Shown: piece after piece, positions 46,601 through 58,700 of the stretch | How positions within the stretch are numbered: the stretch's first letter is position 1 | Layout of the letters: the number at the start of each line of letters is the position of its first letter | From: Selaginella moellendorffii | Lineage: Eukaryota; Plantae; Lycopodiophyta | Length of the DNA: 64,000 bases | Assembly (NCBI RefSeq): GCF_000143415.4 | Contig: NW_003314267.1 | Span: 2,521,839-2,585,838, forward strand | Direction of reading: 5' to 3' | Notes under the pieces: model-generated | What the model was told of the DNA's origin: nothing | The model's database searches: none | What the model saw: the letters and a program-made list of their open reading frames with translations, nothing else | Program-made: the position numbers and the translations under genes

Positions 46601-49568
46601 ATGATGCGGCTCTGCGATCGGACTCGATCGTCGCTCAAGAATGTGAGGCATTTCTTCGTGCAATCCAGCAGGATTGATCGATCTTTAATCTTTGATGTAG
46701 TTCGTGAAGCAGCGAGCGGGAGCCGTGGAGAAGATTTCCAAATTGGAGGCATGGCTGTCGAGCGGCGTTCTTGCGGCTCTCAAGGCGTGCGGGAGCTTGA
46801 GGTACTTGGAAGCAGGCCAGAGAATCCATACTGACGCCCGTGAGAGCGCGGGGATCTTTGCAGATGCTTTCGTCGCGACCGCGGTGGTGGACATGTATGC
46901 TAAGTGTGGGAAAATGGCCGACGCTCGCAAGGTGTTCGATGAGATGCCGGCTCGAGACGTGGTGTCCTGGAACGCGCTACTGCTCGGTTACGCAGTGAAT
47001 GGCCAGGAGGATTTGGCTTTGGAGCTGCTCAGGGGAATGGAAAGAAGTGGCTGCTGTCCAAACGACCGGAGTTTCGTGGCTGGACTGATGGCCTGTGTCA
47101 ACTTGGCCGAGAAGGAAGTGGGACAGGAAGTTTGCGGCAAGGTCGTCAAGCTCGGATGCTTGGGGGAAGGGACGGAGCTCCATCACCGGGTTGCCAAGTA
47201 TGGCTACGAGTCCGACGAGTTCGTGGAGAACATCCTGATCAGTCTCTACGCCAAGTGTGGGAGCCTGGTGGATGCTCGAGCGGTGTTTGAGAAGATTCGA
47301 AGTCCCAACGTCGTGTCGTGGACAACTTTGATCATGGGATACGCGGAGACTGGTGACGGGAACTTGGCTTTGGAGATGTTCTCACAAATGGTTTCTCGGG
47401 GATGCGTACCAAACTCTCGGACTTTCGTCGCTGCGCTCAAGGCTTGTGCTACTTTGGCGTCTTCGGAGCCGGGCGAGCTGGTTGACGGCAGAGTTCTCAA
47501 GCTCGGAAGCTTAAGGAAGGGCTCAGCTATTCACTCTCAGGCTGCAAAACGTGGATTGGACAAGGATATCTTTGTGGCGAGCACTCTCGTCGATATGTAC
47601 TGCAAGGGCGGCAGCTTGGCCGATGCTACGTCGGTTTTCAGGGGAATGGCTCGCCGCGACGTCGTATGCTGGACCTCTCTCATACTCGGCTGTGCTGAAA
47701 ACGGGGAGGAGGAGCTGGCTCTAGAGATGTTTTACTCCATGCAGTCGGAGGGCTGTTCGCCGAATTCACGCACTTACGTTGCAGTCCTCGCAGCCTGTGC
47801 TGGGGTAGCACAGAAAGAAGAGGCGAAGCTCGTTGCCGGACAGTATTTGAAAGAGGTGACTCTAGAAGTTGGGAAGAAGATCCATCTGGACGCCACCAAG
47901 GGCGGTTTTCAAAGTGATACTTTCGTCGGCAACAGCTTAATTGGTATGTATGCAAAATGTGGAAGCCTGGCTGATGCTCACAAGGTTTTTGACAGGATGC
48001 CTGAGCGGGACGTGGTCTCTTGGACTGCTCTCATGCTGGGCTATGTGGAATGTGGCGAGGCCGAGGTGGCGTTTTCCTTGTTTGAGAGCATGGTCTCTGG
48101 AGGTTGCGTCCCCGATGGCAGAAGTTTCGTTGCGGCGTTGATGTCCTGTACAAGCTTGGCTGAGCAAGAAGAAGGTGACAAGCTTGCCAAAGTCAAGAGC
48201 GGGGCTTTGAAAAGAGGCATGGACATTCACTCGCTAGCCGCAAGGAACAGGTGGGACGCAGACATTTTTGTGGCTACGGCGCTGGTGGACATGTACGCGA
48301 ACTCCGGGAGCATGGACAATGCCCGGACAGTGTTTGAAAAAGTGCTTCATCGGGATGTGGTTTTGTGGAACTCGCTCATGCTGGGATACGTTCGTAATGG
48401 TGAAGCGGAGCTAGTTTTCGAGCTGTTTACCAAGATGAGAAGCCAGGGATGTCCGCCAGACTCGCAGAGCTTTGTTGCTGTTCTGACGGCATGCGGTAAT
48501 CTAGCTGAACGAGACGAAGGCAAGCACGTCAGTGGCAAAGTGGTGAAGGTGGAGTGCTTGGAAAAGGTTATGGCCGTGCACTCCGAAGCTGGTAAAACAG
48601 GAAAACTGGGCGATATGTTCGTGGCCAACACGTTGGTGGACGTGTACGCAAAATGCGGAAGCTTGCTGGATTGCCGAGCCGCATTTGACCGGATGCTTCA
48701 TCACGACGTGGTGTCCTGGAACGCTCTCATGTCAGCACTCGTTGAAAACAGCGAGGGACAGCTGGCTTTAGATCTCTTCACCAGCATGCAACAGCAAAGT
48801 GGTTTTCTTCCGGATTCTCGGACGCTAGTTGCGGCTCTTTCGGCCTGTGGTTGTGTGGTGGCACTGCAAACTGGAAAGCAAATTCAAGCTGACATCTGTA
48901 GGTGGGGACTAGAGGACAACGTTTTGGTGGCCAACTCGCTGGTCGATTTCTACGGCAGGTGCGGCAGGATCTCAGTCTCTCAACAGCTGTTTGAAGCAGT
49001 CACAGACCCGAGAAGTGTTTCGGCATGGACGTCTCTGATAGCGGGATACAGTCGTCAAGGGGACGCACAGAAGACGATTGAACTGTTTGAAGAAATGCAG
49101 AGACAAGGGATGAAAGGAGACAGAATCACGTATCTCTCAGTTCTAGCAGCTTGCAGTCATACTGGGCTTGTCGAGAAGGGAAAGACGTACTTCGAGGCAA
49201 TGCGAGCAGACCGGGACATCACTGTGGATGCCGTGCATTACGCCTGCATGGTGGATCTTCTGGGACGTGCCAATTATCTGGATGAGGCCATTGTGGTGCT
49301 GAAGAGCAATATACCATCGAACGTAGTAGCATGGACAGCGTTCCTGGGCGCGTGTGGAAAGTGGGGGAATCTAGAGCTGGGAAGGCTGGCTTTTGAAACG
49401 ATTGTGGGGCTGGACGAGAGAACTTACTCCGCTTATACGCTGATGGGAAATCTCTTTGCGAGCTTAGGAATGTGGGAGGAGCAAGCTCGGGTATTGGAGG
49501 AATGCAAGAGGATACAAACAGAGGCAGTTTTGCAAAAGATGATAAAGGTTTGCTCGTGTCAAGCATGA
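46601..49568 (+). CDS. Long PLS-E class PPR protein with expanded L motifs (probable exon 1 46601-46642, intron 46643-46700)
   Basis: 954-aa ORF of repeated P-L-S triplets with an E-type end. A short in-frame upstream exon supplies the ATG. Confidence 0.9.
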
Positions 49569-49663
49569 TCAACGACTCTGCCTTTCAAGATATGCTCTCA
49601 AGGTAGGTCTTGTAACACATTCATCGTGTTTTATGTTTTCCAGTTGTTGGCGCTCGAGGGTTC

Positions 49664-51838
49664 TTGTTTCTTCAGTGGGTCGTCACCAACCGCTATTCGG
49701 ATCCTTCGTATGGTTTGTGCTCTAAAGTTCACCTTATTTCATGGTCTCTAACTCACTGTTTGTTTTCCCTCAGTCTTCGAGAGCATGACATCGAACCCTC
49801 TTTCTCTGCTGCGTTGAAGTCGTGCACGGTCTTGAGAGATTGCGAGATCGGTAAGAGAATCCACTCCAATACAAATGCTGACAACACCGACGTCTTTCTC
49901 GCAACTGCCTTGGTGACCATGTACGCAAAATGCGGCAGCATGGCGAATGCCTGCATGGTTTTCGAGGGCATGCCTCACCGCGACGTGGTATCCTGGAACG
50001 CCTTGATGATGGGACACATCTCGAACGGACAGGCCGAGCTAGCTCTGGAGCAGTTTGCGCGAATGCAGACGTCCTGCCAGCCCAACGCAAGAAGTTTCGT
50101 GGCGGCACTTGCGGCGTGTGCTACAATGGCAGAAAAAGAAGACGGCCAAGGAAAGCAGACTTGGTTGGAGAAAGGGGTGTCTATCAGTTCCTCGGCAGCA
50201 GCGAGCAACTTGGTCTCCAACCTCTACGTGGCCAGCAGCCTGGTTGAACTGTACTCGAAATGCGGGGCGATGGTGGATGCTCGGAGGGTGTTTGATCGAA
50301 TAGAATCGCCTGACGTCGTGACATGGACTACGTTGATGGTCGGCTACGCAGACTCGGGTGACAGCGAGATGGCGCTTGTTTTGTTTCAAGCCATGCAGTC
50401 CCGAGGGGTGGCTCCAGATGCTCAGGCTTGTGTAGCTGCACTGAGGGCGTGCTCGAATCTGTCGGCGAGAGAAGATGGCAGGGAAGTTGATGGCAAGCTC
50501 GTGAAGATGGAGTACCTCGAGAGAGGCATGGCACTTCACTCGCTAGCGGCGAGAAATGGCTATCAGAAGGATATATTCGTGGCTAGCTCGTTGATCGACA
50601 TGTACTCCAAGTGTGGAAGCCTGGAAGACGCCTGGATGGCTTTCAGCAGGATGCTCCGGCACGACGTAGTGTCACTTACTGCTATGGTGCTGGGCTGCGA
50701 GATCAATGGCGAGCCAGAGCTAGCACTGGAGCTGTTCGAAAGAATGGTGGCTCGAGGACTCTCTCCGAACCTGAGAAGCTACGTCGCTGCGCTGATGGCC
50801 TGCGCGAGCTCGGCTGCCAAGAAACAAAGTGGAGGAGCAAAAGATGCTGGAAGAAGGAAAGAGTGCCTGGAAAAAGGCCGAGCTATCCATCTCCAATGCG
50901 TAAGCACTGGTTGTGACACAAACGTATTCGTTGCCAACACGCTCATCGACATGTATGCCAAGTGCGGCAGCCTGGAGGACGCCCGAGCGGTGTTTGACAG
51001 CATTCCAGACAGGAACGTGATATCCTGGAACGCTCTCCTGGCAGGATATGTGGAGAACGGCGAGAGTAGACTGGCACTGGAGCTCTTTAGTCGCATGGAG
51101 GCTGATCAAGCACAGGGATACGCGTTACTGGACGCTCGGACTCTCACAGCGGCTGTGAAAGCAAGTTCCATCCTCGTCGCTGTGGAATCTGGGAAGAGAG
51201 CTCACGGCATAGCCTGCAGGACAGGAGTGGAGGACGACACCGGGGTGGCAGTCTCTCTTGTTCACTTCTACGGCAAGTGTGGGATCACGGTAATAGCTCA
51301 GCAGCTTTTCGACTCTCTCAGTGGCTACAAGGACACTACGCTATGGAACGCACTGATGACAGGCTACAGCAACCAAGGCGACGCTGAGAGAGTCTTCTCA
51401 TCATTCGCGAGGATGAGAAACGAAGGCCTGCGAGGCGATGGTATCACGAGCCTGTTGCTCCTCGCGGCTTGCAGCCACGCCGGCCTGGTGGACAAGGGAC
51501 GAGAGATCTTTGAGAGCTTGCCGCTGGCGAGTAGAGCTCTGGGACACTACACTTGCATGGTGGACTTGCTGGGAAGATCGAACCAACTGGAGGCCGCGAT
51601 GGGATTGATCGCGTCTATGCCGTGGCAGCCGGATCTGGTGACTTGGATGACGCTGCTAGGCTCGTGCAAGAAGTGGAGCAACATGGAGGTGGCCAGAGTC
51701 GCGTTCCAGGAGCTGGTGAGAATCGATAGCCGGGAGGAGTCATCGTACTTGGTGATGGCCAACATCTACGCCAGCCATGGTCTGCTCGATGAGAGCTCCA
51801 AAGTTCTAGAGCTCAGGGACGAGTTGTTAGCACGGTGA
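49664..51838 (+). CDS. Tandem paralog PLS-E class PPR protein with expanded L motifs (5' end probably spliced, uncertain)
   Basis: 724-aa ORF, same motif architecture as the upstream PPR, HYTCMVDLLGRSN..SYLVMANIYA. Confidence 0.88.
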   Translation: MFLQWVVTNRYSDPSYGLCSKVHLISWSLTHCLFSLSLREHDIEPSFSAALKSCTVLRDCEIGKRIHSNTNADNTDVFLATALVTMYAKCGSMANACMVFEGMPHRDVVSWNALMMGHISNGQAELALEQFARMQTSCQPNARSFVAALAACATMAEKEDGQGKQTWLEKGVSISSSAAASNLVSNLYVASSLVELYSKCGAMVDARRVFDRIESPDVVTWTTLMVGYADSGDSEMALVLFQAMQSRGVAPDAQACVAALRACSNLSAREDGREVDGKLVKMEYLERGMALHSLAARNGYQKDIFVASSLIDMYSKCGSLEDAWMAFSRMLRHDVVSLTAMVLGCEINGEPELALELFERMVARGLSPNLRSYVAALMACASSAAKKQSGGAKDAGRRKECLEKGRAIHLQCVSTGCDTNVFVANTLIDMYAKCGSLEDARAVFDSIPDRNVISWNALLAGYVENGESRLALELFSRMEADQAQGYALLDARTLTAAVKASSILVAVESGKRAHGIACRTGVEDDTGVAVSLVHFYGKCGITVIAQQLFDSLSGYKDTTLWNALMTGYSNQGDAERVFSSFARMRNEGLRGDGITSLLLLAACSHAGLVDKGREIFESLPLASRALGHYTCMVDLLGRSNQLEAAMGLIASMPWQPDLVTWMTLLGSCKKWSNMEVARVAFQELVRIDSREESSYLVMANIYASHGLLDESSKVLELRDELLAR

Positions 51839-54690
51839 TACAGACGAAAAGAGATTAAGCACGGGAAATCTGATCGTAATGCCACCACCTTTCTGTAGCT
51901 AAGGTGGTAAAGCTTCTTAAGAAAGAGTTTGTAAGTTGAAGTTGTTTTATGTCTAGGGTGTGACTTGGAAATGTGTGGATATTCTTTAGGAATCATGGGA
52001 GGAGAATTTGCACTGGAGATATAGAAGAAATTTGCATGAGAACTAAAAGAGGGCAATTACAAAGAAGGCTTAGGCTATGATTCACAAAATGTTTTAACAA
52101 CATTTAAAAGTGTTTTTAGAATGATTTTAGTGAACAATGAAGATGCTACTGAGATTAATGAATTTTAGAGTGTTTTGAAGAGTTTTGATTGTAACTTACA
52201 GTCAGCTATTGGCAACAAGGTGAATTTTGTTAAATAATCCTTGTTTATTTCTTTTGTAACTCACTAAATTCTTGCTTAGACACATTGCAATGAAATTTAT
52301 ATGGCATACTGCCTCTTAGCCTCAGTTTTGGTAGAAACTCTATTGGATCGAAGTGGCCAAAGCATAATTGCAAACTTGTTTGGATTTTGCAAAATTAGGA
52401 ACAAAGTGCCATCTTTTTCTTGGCTGGGGAAAAGTTTTCAATGAGCAAAGTTTTCTGAATTTTACTGTGGGGAGACTAGTGGCTGGGAATTGTATGTGTT
52501 TGATTGATGTTAAAACATGCCTTTAACTATTTTAGAGTTTAGATAGTACAAGTTGAGGCCTTGCCACTAAAATAAAGGGTGGATTATCTAAGGTTAATCT
52601 CATTCATTGAGTTCTTGGATTTATAAGCGCATTTCAAGATGGGAATCCTTTTTGCACATTGTCATTCTAGAGCACACTAACAATGTAAGCCATTTGAAAT
52701 AAATTCACTTCTTTCTTTTGTTCTTCTATAACTACAGTATGTGGATGCTTAGAAACTTCACATTGAAGGTTGAAATTTCTATCTTGAAATAAAGGTAAAA
52801 AATGAGAAAGAACTCATTTATGTAAATAAGTTTATTTGATATTGTGAGTGCTTGGAATATGGAAAGGGAATACAGAAACTGTGTATATCAATTAGCCCCA
52901 AAACCCTAATTTATACATAGGAGTGAGTGGTCCGGATTGAAATCAATTGGACAGCTACCAAAATCCCACTATGCTAATATTAGTATACGGCATCCTTGGC
53001 ATACACCATCATTCCCTCCTCTTAGAATAATGGAAAACCATTAAGGTTCTCTTGTAGATGGGCCGGGATCTAAAGGAACATCAGAAGGAGGCATTAGCAG
53101 ATTTGTAAGTGGTATTAACTACTCTTGATCCCTTTGTATAAAGCGTTTCAACTGCTGCATATGCACAACCTCTGGAGGATTGGCCTCCTGGATGTCATGC
53201 CGAACCTCATAAACTTGTGGTCCCACTTGTCGCAACACCTGATATGGTCCTTTCCACTGAATAAGGAGCCCCTTAGATAAACCACATACTGTAAGATGGG
53301 GAAAACGAACTAACACTAAGTCATCCACTTTGTACTCCATAGGTGGGAGTTGTAGCACTGTTGTTGTCCCACTTATACACAACCTAAGTGTTTGGCAGAC
53401 TCTGCTCAAATAAGTGGAAGAATGTTTGTCAAATATTGATCCCACGACCTAGCATCGACAGCTTGTGGCAATTGCGAAGGTAAACCCAGTTCCATTAGTA
53501 ATATTGGATCATGACTATATAAGAGTTTATATGGTGAAGCACCAATAGAACTTGCACCCCTATGACATATGCATACCAAAGAGACAGAAAATAACCATCC
53601 CAATCCAAATGCTGAAAGTTCATATATTTCACGATCATCCCTTTGAACATTCGAATGAGCCATTCCACTAGTCTGTCTGATTGTGGATGATAAGAACTTA
53701 TAAAAGTGTGGCATATCCCCAACTGAGACGTCAAAACATGAAATGCCTCAGCTATAAATGCGGGACCATTATCCGAAAGAATCCACTCTAGACAAGAATG
53801 CTAGAACACCACTTAATTGAGGAGGAAGTATCCAATAGTAGTTGCAGAGGTGCTAGCAAGAGCACCAACTTCCACTCAACAAATCAAGTAGTCAAAAGCA
53901 ATAATAATATACTCATTGCCAACAATCGACCATGGAAAAGGTCTCATAAGATCAAATGCCACCAATTCAAACGGACGGGAAATTATAATTGACTCCAACT
54001 GTCCTTCCGTGGTACAAGGGGGAGTATTACAAGCTTGGCACCAAACACAACTACGCACATAACGGATAATATCACGTTGCATCTCTGGCCAATAGAAAGA
54101 CCTGCTAGTCACACGACGATGTCCCATATGCCCACCTCATAGTAGGCATGGAGAAACTATGGAATAAAGACAAAAGGCACCACCAGCCATAAATAATCAT
54201 TAGAATCCGTCCCCACAAAATAAAGAAGGCCATTTTCAAGGCGATATTGAGAATGTAAATGCCGGAAAGGCAAGTCATTAGCAAGTGATGTAGGATTCTC
54301 AAACCCATCTTGAAGACTTCAAATCCATGGCTCAATCTTTTGAGCCTCGCGAACCTCATCAAGAGAAGGTAGATTTTGCTCTGTGCCTTGTGGACACTAA
54401 ACATCAAGTACAACAACTATCGACGACACATAATCCTTGTCTAGAAAATCCACAGATGTTGGAACAACAATAATGAAGTAATGGTAGCATGGTCACCTTC
54501 AAGTAACGTCCAAGAACTATGTAAATATGCATGAAGTTTCTTGAAACCCCAGACTGTTGCTAAGCACTCCTTCTCTTTCATGGAGTAGTTCACCTACGTT
54601 AGTTGTAATGTAAAGCTTATATATGCAATGGGATGACGCTGACCAGGCACACTTGGGCTCTTTTGCATCAACACACCTCCAAGACCAATA

Positions 54691-54885
54691 TGTAAGCAAC
54701 CAAAGGGAACGACTCGAGAGACGATCCGTTGGGGTTCAAATATAGAGGGAAAGGGCCCATGAACAAGAGTGCACCCCCTTTTCCAATCGATTAAGGGTCT
54801 TGGGATATTTGGGGTTAAGCGTCCTTGGGTTTGAATAGTACTGGGCTGGGTGACCTCCTGGGAAGTCTAAACTCAGGAGCTTACA
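54691..54885 (+). mobile_element. Cassandra-like TRIM solo LTR containing 5S rRNA-derived Pol III promoter segment
   Basis: TGTAAGC...GCTTACA termini and a 5-bp TSD CAATA. 54814-54867 GTTAAGCGTCCTTGGGTTTGAATAGTACTGGGCTGGGTGACCTCCTGGGAAGTC matches the 5S rRNA A-box/IE/C-box region. Confidence 0.88.
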
Positions 54886-55707
54886 CAATATCAAAAGCAT
54901 CCACGCGCAAAATAAAATGTCATGTGGTCAGGATATGCCAAAATTGGAGGAGTTGTCAATACCTCTTTGAGATCTATAAATGCATACTCACAATCTGAAG
55001 ACCAAATGAAAGATGATGTTGATGACTTCAACAATGCTTGTAATGGTGCAGTGCAATCAAAAAGATGATCAATAAAACAACTGAGATACTACACCTTGCC
55101 CAAGAAGCACTACACATTATTCACACACTTCAGAGTAGGGAACTTTAGAACAACCACAAGCTTGTCAGGATCAACTTGCAAACCCTCATGACAAATATGG
55201 TACCCAAGATAAGTTGTGTCCTTGAACTCAAACACACACTTCGACCGCTTCAACTTTAAACCAACGTCTTGTAGTTGATCCAACACTTTACAAACATCAC
55301 AAACGTACTCCTCCCATGTCCCTTCCAAGTGGATCAAAACATCATCAATGAAGTTAGTAGTCACCTCCGGCATATCACAAAGAACCTCATCTATCATCTG
55401 CTAGAAAGTTGCTAAAGCATTATTCAAATCAAACAGCATCACCAAGAACTTGTACAAACCAAATAGTGTATAAAAAGCAGTCTTAGGAATATCTTCTTTG
55501 GCCATGGGTATTTGCCAATACCCAGAAGCAAGATCTAACTTGGTGAACTAATGACTTCACCCCACACGATCTAAGAGATTAGTAGTGTGAGGAAGAGGGT
55601 ACACATCTGAGATCGTCACTTCGTTTAATGGATGATAGTCGATGCAGAAATGAATACTCCTATCAAGCTTCATCACAAGATGAGGTTCACATGCCCAAGG
55701 ACTCCAC

Positions 55708-58700
55708 TGTGAGACACAAATCCCTAAGCCCCAAAGTGGAGCCAAAAGGGTGCCACGTGGTAGTGGCCGAAGCAAAAGCCAAATGAGCGTAACACGTTTG
55801 GACTAAAAGGCTCCGACTTGAAAGGTCGAGAGCGGGAGTGGAACTCCCAACAAAGTGCTCAAGGAACAAGCATAAAGCGAGCAATAAGCGAGGCTCCAAA
55901 AAGGGACCCAAGTTGGAGTCCGAGGTGGAGTTCGAGATGGAGTCCGAGATGGACCAAGATGGAGTCCAAGATGGAGTCCGAGATGGACCCGAGTTGGAGT
56001 CCGAGGTGGAGTCTGAGATGGACCCGAGATGGAGTCCGAGATGGACCCGAGATGGAGTCCGAGATGGACCGAGATGGAGTCCGAGATGGACATGAGATGG
56101 AATCCGAGAAGGACCCGAGATGGAGTCTGAGGTCAAGACTGAGACCGGGACCGAGACCGAGACTGAGACCGAGACTTGGACCGAGACTGGGACCGAGACC
56201 GAGACCGAGGCCGAGGTCGAGACCGAGCCCGAGCCCGAGTCCGAGTTCGAGTCCGAGTCCGAGTCCGAGTCTGAGTTCGAGTCTGAGAGGGTGAAAGCCC
56301 AAAGCATTTGTCTCCCAGACCTTGGGGGGTTTGGTGAGCTCCAAAAGTATAGTAAAGGGGAGGACTATAGTGGAGCCAATTTGGCCAGGAAAGGCCAGTT
56401 TGGCCCAGGAAGGCCAAACCCAGTGTTGGGTGATGAACTGACCACTAGGAAGTCCAAGACTAGAGTGAATACGGACCGACAAACGGGGTAGCTTGGTGAA
56501 GTGTTCAAGAGCCGGCTTTAGTTCCCCCGGGAGATCGACTGGCCAATGCTCCCAGTCCAAGTGTGGGTGGCACTACCTACTTGGATACCTGGTGTGGCTC
56601 AATGGAACCTCGCTCTAAGCCCATGGCTAGAGCATTTAAAGGCGGAAGGTGGGGAGAGTACCCACGGGGCTTGCGTAGGGCCATGGTATTCCGAAATGTT
56701 GTCCCGAAGTCCCAAATGGGGGAAAGGAGGAGGAGTAGTCCTCTAGTGTAGTGACTACGGATACGGTCACATGGTGAGGAAGTCCTAGAGGACAGTGGGA
56801 CTTAGTGGCCGGGCTTGTAAGCCTTGATCTAGTGGCAGTGTTGGTGAATATAGCCATGGACGGAAAAGGGACTTGGCAAGAACTGACAAAGGGATGTTGG
56901 GGAAGGCTATTCCCCATGTTTGTGGGCATCCTAAGGATGCTAAGGAGTGGATTTGGGATGACCACTCGTGGACGGACGGCCCAGTCTTGGAGAGACGGGA
57001 TTGTGATGCAAGTGGTATTGGACCACTAGTGCAGCAAAGGTGAATGGGTATGGCCTTAGCGTAACAGGCTGATCTGTCAGTGGTACCTTTGGGTGTCGGT
57101 CTTGGGATTGGACACGTGGAGCACTTGGACCAAGTGTAAGGGTTGAGTGGCATGGATGCCATTCTCGAGACTAGCAAGTCCCAAGTCCTGAATTGGACTT
57201 AAGGAGGTTGTGAATGAGACTCTGCCAAGTGGTCAGAGGTGTGGTTAAGTGACTAAAGTAGAATGGAAAATTTAGTCTTTTACAATTTGGTATTAGAGTT
57301 GTTCCTTAGTCTGATTTTATTGGTGTTGAAGTATATCACCGTTAGTGTTGGCATCGGAAGGTCCTAGGAATGGGCTTGTCCTTGAAGAGTAGCAAGTCGG
57401 GAAGACATGGCTCTCCACTATAGTTCATGTGTGAACTTGTAAGCAAGGTGGTGGATAGAAAAGGGCTAATGATGGAACGACTTTGGGATCTTGGGAACAG
57501 TGTAAGGCTTTCCTTATTGATTGAGGATGTGATCCAGATGAGCGTTTGATGCAGCAAACGGGCTAACATAGTTGTGGTAAACAACTATAGTTGGGATCAC
57601 GGGAAAGATGCAAACTCCAAAACAATAAAGGAGTCACAAGATTATCCTCATATAGTTGAGGTTGGTGCTCATGAATGTGAGACCAGAAGTAATAACCGCA
57701 AGAGGTCAAATATGGAAAAGGACACGAGTCCTTGAAATGGTAGCCGGAGCTACATCTAATAAATGCTGGAACAACCCAAAGAGTTGGGGGTGTACTCAGA
57801 GGATGAGTTGGTATTCTCATCACATGGAGAAGTGGTCCTAAGGGGCAAAAGGTTGCCCCAAGAAAATCATCAAGTGTCAGAGTAACACTTGCAAAGATGA
57901 TCCTTGTGATTAGGACCTGAATACAAGAAGTTGTATTCCAGTGAGTTAGCACCTCAAAGGTAGGATCTCACGGGTTGTCGAATTATAAAGTCCAAAAAGC
58001 TAGATGACACAAATAAGAGTCAAGGTATAATCTTAAGGGATTGGTTGAAGCATTTGGACTGAGGTGTACGGTGCCCTATGAGGTATGGGGAGGATCATAA
58101 GATCCAAGTATGAAAACAATAGGTATCTCATTGATGGCAGAACGTGCCATACTAAAGTTGTGGGAAAGATGTTCCCAGAAGAGAACAACTTTGGCCCAGA
58201 GTTGGGTGCAAACACTATGGTGCGGTGCTAACGGATAATTAGCATGAGGAACAGCCATATTGGTCTTGGCAAAGACTTAGACACTAATAAGTAGTGTTAT
58301 AAGGATAGGCTTGTGGGGCCAATGGTGTGGAGACACCAAATGTGCCAAGGTGTGATACCTTGAGGTTATGTTGGTGGGTTCATAAGAACACCTTGCCAAA
58401 GGGAATCCCAACGGAAATGGGAATGGCATAGCCTAAGCTAGAAGGCATGTGGTAGAGTGTGGTGACCAAAACAATGATGGAGGTGTGGAAGCACCAGCAA
58501 TGAGCTGTAGAACTTGACAACTATAAGGCCACTAAGCAAAGATGTAAAATAATTGGTTAAACTGGTAGAAGGTAGCTACCCAAGACTTCTTAATGGCATA
58601 AGGAAGTTAGATATACCCTTATAAGGGATAAATTGCTTATGTTGTAATATAGTAAGTCAATGTTGAAAAGGGGAATGCTCATTGTCAAAGAGGCCATCAT

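Noticed and set aside
49547-49773. Splicing of the two large PPR ORFs into one gene
   Set aside because: The first ORF already has a complete E-type end, so two tandem genes is simpler. Not excluded without RNA data.
54814-54867. 5S rRNA gene
   Set aside because: Only the internal promoter part is present, inside an LTR with a TSD. The 5' half and the 3' end/terminator are missing.
55905-56290. Regular repeats that might suggest a CRISPR array
   Set aside because: There are no unique spacers; these are simple tandem repeats in a plant LTR.
55687-56560. Long SD/ET/RS-repeat ORFs here, at 61310-62314 and at 16075-16401
   Set aside because: They arise from stop-free 6/12-bp tandem repeats inside LTRs and are open in several frames.
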